DNA of 64,000 bases, from IMG/VR virus record IMGVR_UViG_3300042276_000285. One strand, given 5' to 3'. Shown piece after piece: positions 37,169 through 46,760 of the stretch (the first letter of the stretch is position 1; every line of letters starts with the position of its first letter). The DNA is from an uncultured virus (IMG/VR IMGVR_UViG_3300042276_000285). Taxonomy: Duplodnaviria > Heunggongvirae > Uroviricota > Caudoviricetes. Below the pieces are notes generated by a model. It saw only the letters and a list, made by a program, of their open reading frames with translations, searched no databases and was not told where the DNA came from. The translations under genes and the position numbers were made by a program.

Positions 37169-37444
37169 ATGGAAGATTACGAACAAGATTATGACGAATG
37201 TTGCCCGAAGTGCGAACATTCACCGACACACTACCGCAATTGCAGCGAATTGCACTGCGATGAAGGTTATATAGATGAAAATGACCTTGACCCGATAGAT
37301 TTCATGGAAGGTGAAAGTTACATTATGTGCAATGAGTGTTACGGCACTGGTATTGAAGAATGGTGTCCAAAATGTGGTTACGATATTAGCGCACATAAGT
37401 ACGTTGTGCGGCTGCGAGAAGCTAAATTGAAAAGCGCAAATTAA
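37169..37444 (+). CDS. Cys-rich zinc-finger protein inside attC loop
   Basis: CPKC, CNECYGTG, CPKCG. Confidence 0.7.
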   Translation: MEDYEQDYDECCPKCEHSPTHYRNCSELHCDEGYIDENDLDPIDFMEGESYIMCNECYGTGIEEWCPKCGYDISAHKYVVRLREAKLKSAN

Positions 37445-37671
37445 ATAAACACATTGTTACCATGCCGAAGGGTACGTTTTGCGCTTACGTACCTTTCGGA
37501 TTGCTTCAAATTTTCAAGCGCAAAATGCATGGTAACGGGAACTTGTATGAAGCGGTGGCGATTAGGAGCTACTACCTATCGAACCGCACAAAATTAACTT
37601 AGTAGCTAAGTGGTTAAAAATAAGCACATAACGCCACTGATTTATACAAAATGTTATGCTGCGTTTTTGTT

Positions 37672-37947
37672 ATGATTTACAAATTAACTTTTGATGACGG
37701 CAGAATTGATTGGTGTACCGCCAAAAACCAATTACACCTATTAAAATCTTACGATAAAGATTATGATTTGCCATTGCAGGAAATTGAAAATATCGAAGAA
37801 ATAGAGGAAGAACAAGCCAAAACAATAATGGTTACAAATACTGAATTTGACGAAGATAACCCAGATGATATGCCGGAACAATTATCAATTTGGGAATTGG
37901 CAGTTGGAGAAGATTTTGAAATAATCGCTTCTACGGAGTTCGTTTAA
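37672..37947 (+). CDS. Acidic hypothetical cassette protein
   Basis: Fills body 37653-37959. Confidence 0.7.
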   Translation: MIYKLTFDDGRIDWCTAKNQLHLLKSYDKDYDLPLQEIENIEEIEEEQAKTIMVTNTEFDEDNPDDMPEQLSIWELAVGEDFEIIASTEFV

Positions 37948-38073
37948 ATGCAGCATAACGGTCGAGTGTATGAGTAGTGTGGCTTTGCACATACTTTCTT
38001 TCGACTTACAGATAAACTTATTTAGCCACATTACTTATACACTTTGTTATAGGTATGTAAAAATTTATGGATT

Positions 38074-38247
38074 ATGAAAGATAAAGAAATTAAAGACTTA
38101 CAAAAGTTTAGGGCAAAGGAAGAGTTGAAGATAAAACTACTTCAAGTTATTAACAAATATAAATCAAAGGAAGAACCACATATAATGTTATCAAATGATG
38201 ATATTGTAAATGTTTTATCTTCAATGATAGTTAGAAGAACGGAATAA
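38074..38247 (+). CDS. Small hypothetical cassette protein (57 aa, MKDKEIKD...)
   Basis: Translated by hand; fills body 38046-38265. Confidence 0.55.
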   Translation: MKDKEIKDLQKFRAKEELKIKLLQVINKYKSKEEPHIMLSNDDIVNVLSSMIVRRTE

Positions 38248-38342
38248 ATTTTTATTACCTATAACGGAAAGCATAAGTTTTGACCGCAGTTGAATAACCG
38301 AAAAAATCTAATACGAGTATAAACAGTTTAAAATTACGTGTG

Positions 38343-38684
38343 ATGGGAAAAGAATTACATATTATAAGACCAAAAGGAACAACTATTGGAGAATATGAAG
38401 TAACAAAAATTGGATTTTTGATGCCGAATGGAGAGGAAGTTATCATTCCTTTTAATAAAGGCACGAAGATAAAAGACATACTGAGCGAAGGCAATCCGTT
38501 GCTCGAAGTTGGTAGCGGTTTAAATTTATGCTGTGTTAGCAGCCGTTTATCCTTAGATGAAATAGAAAAAGAATCAAAAGAGTGGGCTGAAAGTAGGAGT
38601 GTTGGCAACAAAGAGCAGGACGATGAATGTGCTTATGACTTTAAATGTGGAATGATAACCGCAAGAAATAAACTTAGCAAATAA
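38343..38684 (+). CDS. Hypothetical fusion protein
   Basis: Junction peptide GLNLCCVSSR. Confidence 0.65.
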   Translation: MGKELHIIRPKGTTIGEYEVTKIGFLMPNGEEVIIPFNKGTKIKDILSEGNPLLEVGSGLNLCCVSSRLSLDEIEKESKEWAESRSVGNKEQDDECAYDFKCGMITARNKLSK

Positions 38685-38735
38685 AATGGCTGCTAACGGT
38701 AACTTGTAAGTTGTCGGTTTTTATTAACGGATTAA

Positions 38736-39119
38736 ATGAACGAAATTATGGAAAAAGTATTTAGAGTTGCAGACATTAGAAAATTTGAGCAACAAGTTAC
38801 AAAAGGAGATATAAGCTATTCAAGAATGGTTGAATTAATGAACGAAATGGCGCATACGCACTATGTAGTTAATAAAAACTGCAATTTACAAAATGTTAAC
38901 CGCCGTTATTCCCCAGAAGAAGGAAAAGTACGAGGCGGATCAACAATTAAATGGGAAACTTTTACGGACGAATCATATCACAATATGGTTGCTGTTAGAC
39001 CAGTTGGAGACACCGACTTTAATTCACCGAGGTTATTTCATTTCATATTCCCAGAAAATGCCGAAAAATTTAAACTACTTGCTGAAATGGCTTTTGTTGC
39101 TAAGCCTAATGGCGGTTAA
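38736..39119 (+). CDS. Hypothetical fusion protein
   Basis: Junction peptide NCNLQNVNRR; stop in core. Confidence 0.65.
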   Translation: MNEIMEKVFRVADIRKFEQQVTKGDISYSRMVELMNEMAHTHYVVNKNCNLQNVNRRYSPEEGKVRGGSTIKWETFTDESYHNMVAVRPVGDTDFNSPRLFHFIFPENAEKFKLLAEMAFVAKPNGG

Positions 39120-39204
39120 CGGTAAGCATAAGAATAGTGGCGACAATAACGCACGAAAGTTAATAAAAGAGATACAGTAATATTTTATTTTTAGGGATGG
39201 TTTT

Positions 39205-39867
39205 ATGTTTTATTATTACGGAAGAAAAAAACAAATAGCCAAGTATTATCCTGCTCCAAACTGCGATACTATTATTGAGCCGTTTGCAGGTGCAGCATCT
39301 TACTCAATGTTTGGCGACAATTGGGAAAAGAATATAATTCTCATCGAAAAGGATGAGAAAGTTGCCAATATTTGGGATTGGCTTATTAATAGCGCAACTG
39401 TCGAGGATATTAAGAATTTACCTGACTTAAAAGTTGGTGAAAGAAGTTCTGATTTTTTACATATTGTACATGCTGCAACAAAAATGGCTTTCCACTACAA
39501 AACGATTAAGGTAACACCTGTACTGGAACGAAATTGGGAAATCAGCCGCAGAATATTTGCTGAAAACCTTCACAAAATAAAACATTGGCAGATTATTAAT
39601 GACGATTATTCAAGTGCGCCAAATATTGAAGCTACTTGGTTTATCGACCCCCCGTACAAAGGCAATGCAGGAATGGGGTACAGGCATAGCAGTAGATTGT
39701 TGGACTATGATAAACTCGCCGATTGGACATTGAAACGCAAAGGCGAAATTATTTTTTGTGAGGGTAAAAACGGTGATTATTTACCATTTAAACCCTTATT
39801 AAATTTGAAAGGTGTGGCTGGGAAAGTAAGTAAAGAAGTTATTTTTTACAAATCCAAATTGCTTTGA
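39205..39867 (+). CDS. Dam/D12-like DNA adenine methyltransferase
   Basis: YYGRK, IEPFAGAA, FIDPPY. Confidence 0.85.
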   Translation: MFYYYGRKKQIAKYYPAPNCDTIIEPFAGAASYSMFGDNWEKNIILIEKDEKVANIWDWLINSATVEDIKNLPDLKVGERSSDFLHIVHAATKMAFHYKTIKVTPVLERNWEISRRIFAENLHKIKHWQIINDDYSSAPNIEATWFIDPPYKGNAGMGYRHSSRLLDYDKLADWTLKRKGEIIFCEGKNGDYLPFKPLLNLKGVAGKVSKEVIFYKSKLL

Positions 39868-40117
39868 AAAAGCAAAAGTGCGAGGGCAAAATAAAATATG
39901 GAATTAGCGCAGAATGTTGATTAAATGTACCACACCAAGCCATTATTTTTATGCATTGTTATGCACCGTGCTTTTTGTAACTTTGAAACACGGACGTAAC
40001 AACAAAGATGCATTTATGAATAATAGCATGGTGCATAACGGTTGCAACAAGTGGCGTTGCTGCCAGACAGTTGATTAAATGAACGGACGTTAAAAAAATA
40101 ATTTTAGGGAGGGTTTT

Positions 40118-40834
40118 ATGATTAATTTTTTCTTTGGTAACTACAAAATATTTACGCGCAATATCCCTGATTTATATTACGATTGGACTATTGCCGATAT
40201 TCCCTACGGAATTGACGTTGCAAATATGGCTTATCTGAAAGAAGTTAATACAACAGTTAAACAGAAAAATGGAAATAGACTTAATCCAAACCGAAACAAA
40301 AAAGCATATAAACAAAAGGATTGGGACAAACAAACACCTTCTCAAGATTACTTTGACGAGATTAGGCGCATAAGTAAGAATCAGATTGTTTTCGGTGTTA
40401 ACTATGTTGATTGGAAAGGACTTGGAAAAGGCAGAATTAAATGGGATAAAGGTGTTCCTGATGGTGTTAGTTTTAACCGTTATGAATATGCCTATTGTAG
40501 TTCGATTGATTATGAACACGAAATACAACTTCTTTGGGCTGGAATGTGCCAAGCTAAAAGCCTGAGCGAACCAATGACACAGCAAGGCAATAAGAAACTC
40601 AATGAAAAACGTATTCATCCATGCCACAAGCCTATTTTGCTTTATAAAAGACTATTGCTTGATTTCGTGGAACCTGGGATGAAAATAATTGACACGCATG
40701 GAGGAGGAATGAGTTTAGCAATTGCTGCAGATGAATTTGGCGCAGATGCAGATATATGTGAGATTGACGGTGAATACTTTAATTCTGGAACTAACAGATA
40801 TAAATTGCACAAACGCCAACTCAAACTGTTTTGA
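40118..40834 (+). CDS. DNA methyltransferase, N6-A/N4-C family
   Basis: ADIPYGI, RIHPCHKP, IIDTHGGG, CEIDGEYF. Confidence 0.85.
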   Translation: MINFFFGNYKIFTRNIPDLYYDWTIADIPYGIDVANMAYLKEVNTTVKQKNGNRLNPNRNKKAYKQKDWDKQTPSQDYFDEIRRISKNQIVFGVNYVDWKGLGKGRIKWDKGVPDGVSFNRYEYAYCSSIDYEHEIQLLWAGMCQAKSLSEPMTQQGNKKLNEKRIHPCHKPILLYKRLLLDFVEPGMKIIDTHGGGMSLAIAADEFGADADICEIDGEYFNSGTNRYKLHKRQLKLF

Positions 40835-41137
40835 AAAAACAGTACGTGGGTCGGCAAATTATTTTTTGATTTTATGCAGAAACTTAGCTATGAAATACCG
40901 AAGCAATGCCATTTGTTGCGTGTTAGCGTGCCAACGGGAACGGTTTTGCTAAACTGGTTTTCATGTTTGCTTATAAGTTTCAAGCAAAACTGCACGCTAA
41001 CGGCTATTGTAAGAATAGTAGCCGTAAAATACGCAGAAAAGTTGATTGAAATACAATAGTTTAATAACCGATAATAGCTCTAAAAAGACCACATAGCAGG
41101 CTATTATTTTTACAAATTGTTATGTGGCGTTATTATT

Positions 41138-41302
41138 ATGGACAAATGGGAAATATACGGAACTTTCAATAACTGGAAGAATCGAAACTATCACGAGCTT
41201 AGAAAAGAGTACGAAGGTGGGAAAAATTGCGGGGATTCAATGAGAAGTACTGACGATTGTAGTTTTGATGATTTTTGTATGGGTAAGTGGCAGCGACTTT
41301 AA
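41138..41302 (+). CDS. Small hypothetical cassette protein
   Basis: Fills body 41119-41313. Confidence 0.55.
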   Translation: MDKWEIYGTFNNWKNRNYHELRKEYEGGKNCGDSMRSTDDCSFDDFCMGKWQRL

Positions 41303-41482
41303 TGCCACATAACGGTTCGTATATGAAAAGTAGCGGACTACGAAGCGCAAAACTATCAAACTATGAGAAACGATAATACGAGTACGAACCTTGCAAACGG
41401 CACTAAAACCGCTATTTTTTATATATGGTGTTATGTGTAGTGCTTTATTAATCAGATTGTTAAACTTTAAAAATTAAATAAA

Positions 41483-41959
41483 ATGGGATTAGATGTAAGA
41501 ACTTACGGAAATATTAAACTTGCTGAAAACGAAGATGATTACGCATTTACAGCATTTGTAATAGATGATAATTGGAAGCATAAAATTAAAAACTTAGAAG
41601 ATGGTAAATGTTATACTGGTGATAGCATTTTCAGAGGTGTTTCTTATCCTTATTCAGCACATAGCAGATTTAGAGAAATGTTGGTAAAATTAATTGATAG
41701 AACTGATTTACTTGAAGCTGATGGAAAAATAAAATGGAGCGAACTGCCTTCTGATATTCCATTTAATGCGTTAATTGACTTTGCAGATAACGAAGGTTGT
41801 TTGGACTGGGAAATTTCAGAAACTATCTATTCTGACTTTAAAAAATACAATGAAAAGGCAAAAGCTGAATTAGATGAATACAATTATTCAAGATACGAAA
41901 CTTGGATGAAAACATTTGAAGCAGCTAAAAATAATCAAGGCGTGGTGGTGTTTTCTTAA
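41483..41959 (+). CDS. Phage hypothetical protein (MGLD... family)
   Basis: MGLDV start, PFNALIDFADNEG. Confidence 0.8.
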   Translation: MGLDVRTYGNIKLAENEDDYAFTAFVIDDNWKHKIKNLEDGKCYTGDSIFRGVSYPYSAHSRFREMLVKLIDRTDLLEADGKIKWSELPSDIPFNALIDFADNEGCLDWEISETIYSDFKKYNEKAKAELDEYNYSRYETWMKTFEAAKNNQGVVVFS

Positions 41960-41965
41960 CATTAC

Positions 41966-42003
41966 ACATAACTATTATTAAAACCAATTAGTTTAACCAA
42001 TTA
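41966..42003 (-). other. attI-like proximal site of array 2
   Basis: 41969-41991 is the exact reverse complement of 1-23; internal direct repeat AACCAATTA at 41982 and 41995. Confidence 0.7.
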
Positions 42004-42108
42004 ATTTTCAATCAGATAAAAATGGATTTGACAGAACTGAAACAAAACTATGTCACTGTTTTGACTGCGCATATCCATTTTTGTATCTTTGTAGAAAAAT
42101 AAATAAAC

Positions 42109-42846
42109 ATGCCAACAGGATTTAGGACAGCCAACCAGATAATAAACGAGTCGCTTGCCTCCGTACGTGACTTCGATCGAAAGTACTACAACGAAGCTGC
42201 TATGTACTTTGACAGGGGGTATCGTGAGTTTAAGTTGTTCAACGATTCTTCTTTTAAGGAATCGTGGGAAACAATTACTGCAATAAATACTGTAAACTAT
42301 CCCAAAGACGCTATCAGGTTGTTGTCTGTCGGAGTGGTATCAGATGGAGAGATGTTTACGTTCACGCGATCTGACGACATGGTTGCGCCAATTACAAGCC
42401 CAATTGATTCTTTTTTAGATAGTGATAGAGGAGAAGACGACACCTTGCGGCGTGTGCCACAAATTGGCTATGGGGCTAAATCTGTAAACGTAGAATACTA
42501 CTACTTTGACGACAGGAAAAAGCGCAGGATTGTGCTTGGCAGAGCTGCTGTTGACGTTTCTCGTTTTGCAGCCAGAGGAGAGGTGTTAGTGAGGTATGTT
42601 GCAAACGAGGTGGATAACTTGGATGCGCTGCATATACCTGACGATGCTTCCAATCTTTTGATTGCTTATATAGAATATAAACTTGTTGAATCGCGTCCAG
42701 ACAAGTACGATCGTGGCTACATGGCAGAAAAGAAACAAAACTACAGAGAAGAAGTAAGGCGGTACGAAGCATTGGAACTGCCGTCGTTGCAAGACATGAT
42801 AGACGTTATTTATGAAACATCGGGACAAACGCCGCGTAGAGTATGA
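42109..42846 (+). CDS. Putative tail tubular / ring protein
   Basis: Precedes stabilisation protein; size and position. Confidence 0.6.
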   Translation: MPTGFRTANQIINESLASVRDFDRKYYNEAAMYFDRGYREFKLFNDSSFKESWETITAINTVNYPKDAIRLLSVGVVSDGEMFTFTRSDDMVAPITSPIDSFLDSDRGEDDTLRRVPQIGYGAKSVNVEYYYFDDRKKRRIVLGRAAVDVSRFAARGEVLVRYVANEVDNLDALHIPDDASNLLIAYIEYKLVESRPDKYDRGYMAEKKQNYREEVRRYEALELPSLQDMIDVIYETSGQTPRRV

Positions 42847-45800
42847 AGACACTTTTGCCAATGAATGGAGGCATCAACAGAGATGCAAATCCGCTATATA
42901 TAGCTTCTGACAGAGGCGACGTGTATGACAGGAGAAACTGCCGTGTGTATTCTTTTGATGGTAATAGAACAGGAATAAACGTTTCTATAAAGGGTATGAC
43001 AGAGGTGTCGGCAAGTCTTCCGAGTGGCACGAATATAATTATAGGATACGTACAGGACAAAGAAAGAGATTGTGGAATCTTCTTCAACTACAATTCAAAC
43101 GGAAACGACGGTATTTACATATTTACGGGTTCGCTTGTGATAAACTTGGGAGTGCCAAATGGTGTTCTTGGGTTTAGCCCATTTTATTTTGTAAGGGCAT
43201 CAGTGATAGGAGACTATTGCGTGTTTACAGACAACCTGAATCCACCGCGTAAGATACAGTTTGTGAACGACGACGGAGATTTTCAAATCAATTTACTTTC
43301 AGGGAAAAGTGCAGATGACATACAGTTGATAAATAGACCACCCTCTTCTGCACCAACGTTTGTGGTGGGAAGTGATTCATCAAAGAAAAGTAACAGACTC
43401 ATAGGAAAATCATTTCAGTTTGCATATTATTATATATATTCCGACAATACATATTCAGTATTGTCTCCGTATTCTGATTTGCTTGTAGCACCGTCTATGT
43501 TTACTGGTGACAAAGATTCTTACGTGGATCAGTCGCTTGGAAACCATGCGGTAGTTTCTTATAATGTTGGTTACGACAGTGTTTCAGAAGTTGTACTTGT
43601 GGCAAGAGAGGGAAATAGTGGGAATTGGTTTGTTGTAGACAAACATGAAAAAGATTCAGAAGACGAATTGTCTGTAATTTCAACCGTTTTTTATAATGAT
43701 GTGGCAAGAGTTGGTGTGCAACATCAGGAAGTTGATTCTTTTTTTAGCGACGTTCCGTTATTGGCAAAATCTGTTAGCATTGTTCAAAACAGAGTTGCAC
43801 TGGCAAATGTTTTAAAGGGATACGATAAAACAAATGTTGATTTTAGTGTATCTGTTGCTTACGAAGACTACGATTTAAATGGTCTTTTTACGGATATGAC
43901 AAACAGCGACGAAATTAGTTCTACTAATTATATTATAAAATGGACAATTCCTACCGCTTTAATTAAGGGACAGATTATAAAAGCAACATTTAGTGGACGG
44001 TTTAAGAATGAAAGTTCTTATGATTTTGACTTTTATTATTCGTTTTCGGTTGTTGTTGAAAGCGGTGACGTTGTGTCTGATATTATAAATAAATTTGTTG
44101 CAGACATTACCTCGAAAGGAAACGGAATTATAACCACTATAAGAAAAGGTACTTTTATTACGGCATCTCCATATCAAAGTGGAAGCGACGTTGGAATACA
44201 GTTTTTAGGGGTCGCTGGAAGTGGTTCAGAGGAATATTCATATAGTGGCACATTTACGCAAGAAACAATTGTTTCGGGTGTAAATACATTCAAGGCGGGC
44301 AGTTATTATGAAGTTGGAGTTGTTTTGTGTGATGAACACTCAAGAACATCTGGTGTATTGAGCAAAAAAAAGATTTATATTCCAAGTGCAGGAGAAAGAG
44401 ATTTTGCAGATGCTTACAAAAGGGCTTATTTAAACTTTACCATAAACAATACAACAGCGCCATCATGGGCAAAGTATTTAAGATTTGTTGTTACTGAGTC
44501 TGTAAGTTTTTCTGGCGTGTTTAATACTATTGTTGGTGCTTCCTCTGTTGAGGCAGTAAATGATGGTAAAGATGTATTTGCTATATCGTTGTCTGAGTCC
44601 TTAGATTATGCTTTTACAGACGGAGACTACGTTTTAATTGAAAGTATTAGCGGTTCTTCTATAACAACGATACAAAAAACGTGTATAGGAACAAGAACCA
44701 TAGTATACGATTCTGCCTCTAATGAATATTCTGGATTTTTCTTACTTATTCCAAACGAAGGAGAATCTATTTTAGATTTTGCAGGAAATAAGCTTACGAT
44801 ATACAGACCAAAATCAGACATAGAAAATAATGTTTTCTTTGAGGACGTTAATACTTATTCTGTAACGAATGGAGTTATACAAATAACAAGCGGTACCATT
44901 GATAATTCTGATGCATGGATAATAAACAGACAGTTTAGCGTCACTTTTGATATAGGACTCCCAAATGTATTACAAGGAATTAGATTAAACACAGGAACGT
45001 CAGGAACGGCTCAGTTTTCTTATGGAAGCATAACTGGTGTATTTACTTTTTATGACGATTATGAGACAACTATAAAGAGATTTGTTGCTCAATATGGGAA
45101 TGATTTTTTAACAAACGGATTAGTTGTAGCAGCAGATGGTAGTGACTTATTGGTCTATGAGCCAGCAGGCGCGTCAACATCTCCAACAATAACTAATTTA
45201 ACGGGAGATTTAGACGGAGACACTCTGTTGATAAATGAAGCAAGAACAGGTGTTTTGTATGCCACCGTAGAGGATTTCTATATAGACATTTATACCGGAT
45301 TAAGGGCTTATGCTCGTGGTAGGAGTATTGTAGAATTATCAGATTTATCTCAAATAAGATTACAGGATTTTGTGTGGAGTTTTAATTATTTAGACAATAC
45401 CAAGATAAACGGAATGTCAACGTTTAATCCACTGAACAGGAAGCAGTTAGACGAAAAGAACGGACAGATAAATGCCATCTCAGTAGTTGGCGACGTGGTA
45501 AAAGTAATTCAGGACAACAAGGAAACGTCGCTGTACATTGGCAAGGCACGTTTTGTAGACGGGGACGGAACCATCGGGCTTGTAAAATCAAACGACTTTA
45601 TTGGAGACGCCTATCCGAGTGTGTCAGACTACGGTTCACGCTATCCGAACAGCGTAAGCACCAACAATCGTGACGTATACTATTTTGACGGGGACAGAGG
45701 GCAGGTGATACGATCATCGGCAAACGGACAGTTTCCTATTTCTGACTATGGAATGAAGTCAGAGTTTTTGCGGATAAAAAGAGATATGGACAATGCTCTG

Positions 45801-46427
45801 GGCGTAGACAGCAGAAGCGTGAAAATTATCTCTTTCTACGACGTAAGGAACGATGAGTATGTGATTACATTTGACATACGCGGAAACGTAGAGACGTGGG
45901 CTTTCAAAGAAGGGGCAGATCAGTGGGTGGCAAGATACGACTTTGAAGACGCTTCCGGCAATGCACCGAGTCTGTATGGAAATGTAGGAGAACAGGCGTT
46001 GTCGTTTTTGAACGGAAGCGTGTGGCTGCATGAGCGTAGCACGTCGTACAATACCTTTTATGGCGATTTAAAACCACTTTCTGTCACAGGACTACTAAAT
46101 ATATATCCTGAACAGGAAAAGTGTCTCAGAGCTGTCAAAATTGACTCAAACAGGGCTATGGACACAACGATTACTTCTCCGGTGGCAAACACGCGTCCTG
46201 TTGGGCAAAAGAGTTTGTTGTATGCAGAGAGCTACTCGTTGCGGGAAGGAAGTTACACGTCAGCCGTGTATGGCAACATTTTAGGGGCAGGTGGAGTAGA
46301 GAATTTGTCGTTGTTGCATTCCGGCGACGACATGGTTGGGAAGTACCTGCAACTGACGTTTTCAGACGAAAGTGCAAGTGAAATGCAACTGCGCTTGGTT
46401 ACAGCCTCTTTTACAATAAATCGATAA
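42843..46427 (+). CDS. Tail stabilisation (muzzle, P22 gp10-like) protein
   Basis: GGINRD N-terminus, FTDNLNPPRKI, TFKAGSYYEVGVV, YYFDGDRG, PISDYGM motifs typical of crAss-like stabilisation proteins. Confidence 0.75.
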   Translation: MKTLLPMNGGINRDANPLYIASDRGDVYDRRNCRVYSFDGNRTGINVSIKGMTEVSASLPSGTNIIIGYVQDKERDCGIFFNYNSNGNDGIYIFTGSLVINLGVPNGVLGFSPFYFVRASVIGDYCVFTDNLNPPRKIQFVNDDGDFQINLLSGKSADDIQLINRPPSSAPTFVVGSDSSKKSNRLIGKSFQFAYYYIYSDNTYSVLSPYSDLLVAPSMFTGDKDSYVDQSLGNHAVVSYNVGYDSVSEVVLVAREGNSGNWFVVDKHEKDSEDELSVISTVFYNDVARVGVQHQEVDSFFSDVPLLAKSVSIVQNRVALANVLKGYDKTNVDFSVSVAYEDYDLNGLFTDMTNSDEISSTNYIIKWTIPTALIKGQIIKATFSGRFKNESSYDFDFYYSFSVVVESGDVVSDIINKFVADITSKGNGIITTIRKGTFITASPYQSGSDVGIQFLGVAGSGSEEYSYSGTFTQETIVSGVNTFKAGSYYEVGVVLCDEHSRTSGVLSKKKIYIPSAGERDFADAYKRAYLNFTINNTTAPSWAKYLRFVVTESVSFSGVFNTIVGASSVEAVNDGKDVFAISLSESLDYAFTDGDYVLIESISGSSITTIQKTCIGTRTIVYDSASNEYSGFFLLIPNEGESILDFAGNKLTIYRPKSDIENNVFFEDVNTYSVTNGVIQITSGTIDNSDAWIINRQFSVTFDIGLPNVLQGIRLNTGTSGTAQFSYGSITGVFTFYDDYETTIKRFVAQYGNDFLTNGLVVAADGSDLLVYEPAGASTSPTITNLTGDLDGDTLLINEARTGVLYATVEDFYIDIYTGLRAYARGRSIVELSDLSQIRLQDFVWSFNYLDNTKINGMSTFNPLNRKQLDEKNGQINAISVVGDVVKVIQDNKETSLYIGKARFVDGDGTIGLVKSNDFIGDAYPSVSDYGSRYPNSVSTNNRDVYYFDGDRGQVIRSSANGQFPISDYGMKSEFLRIKRDMDNALGVDSRSVKIISFYDVRNDEYVITFDIRGNVETWAFKEGADQWVARYDFEDASGNAPSLYGNVGEQALSFLNGSVWLHERSTSYNTFYGDLKPLSVTGLLNIYPEQEKCLRAVKIDSNRAMDTTITSPVANTRPVGQKSLLYAESYSLREGSYTSAVYGNILGAGGVENLSLLHSGDDMVGKYLQLTFSDESASEMQLRLVTASFTINR

Positions 46428-46760
46428 TATGTTTTACAACATGTAAAAATATTTGTGGATTTGTTGTTAGTTTTGTGTGATGATTGTTGTAATTGATATT
46501 ATATGTAAAGCCATATAAATTGGTATAATGTTTAAGTATTATATTCACAAGCATACAATGAATGAAATGGAATTAAGAAAAGAAGAAATGTTTTAGAATT
46601 TTGTTATCAAGTTGTTGTTTGATTTGCAGCTAAGTAATTCCAGTGTAACTTTTGATGTTGTAGAAGACGATGATTTGGTTGAAAGGGGTTAGACTTTGTG
46701 TTTAGCCCTTTTTTATTTGTACGCAGCCATATTTGTATCTTTGCTGTAAAATATAGAAAT

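Larger units (their letters stand above)
35198..41991 (-). mobile_element. Integron-like cassette array 2 (12 attC-like sites, 12 bodies; genes on plus strand)
   Basis: Sites YAACG...TGTT at 35198-35458, 35599-35965, 36115-37030, 37086-37462, 37530-37659, 37953-38052, 38259-38541, 38691-38901, 39114-39964, 40033-40928, 40995-41125, 41307-41436. Bodies have complementary ends, e.g. GTTAACCGCCGTT/AATGGCGGTTAAC. The array interrupts the virion gene block. Confidence 0.9.
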
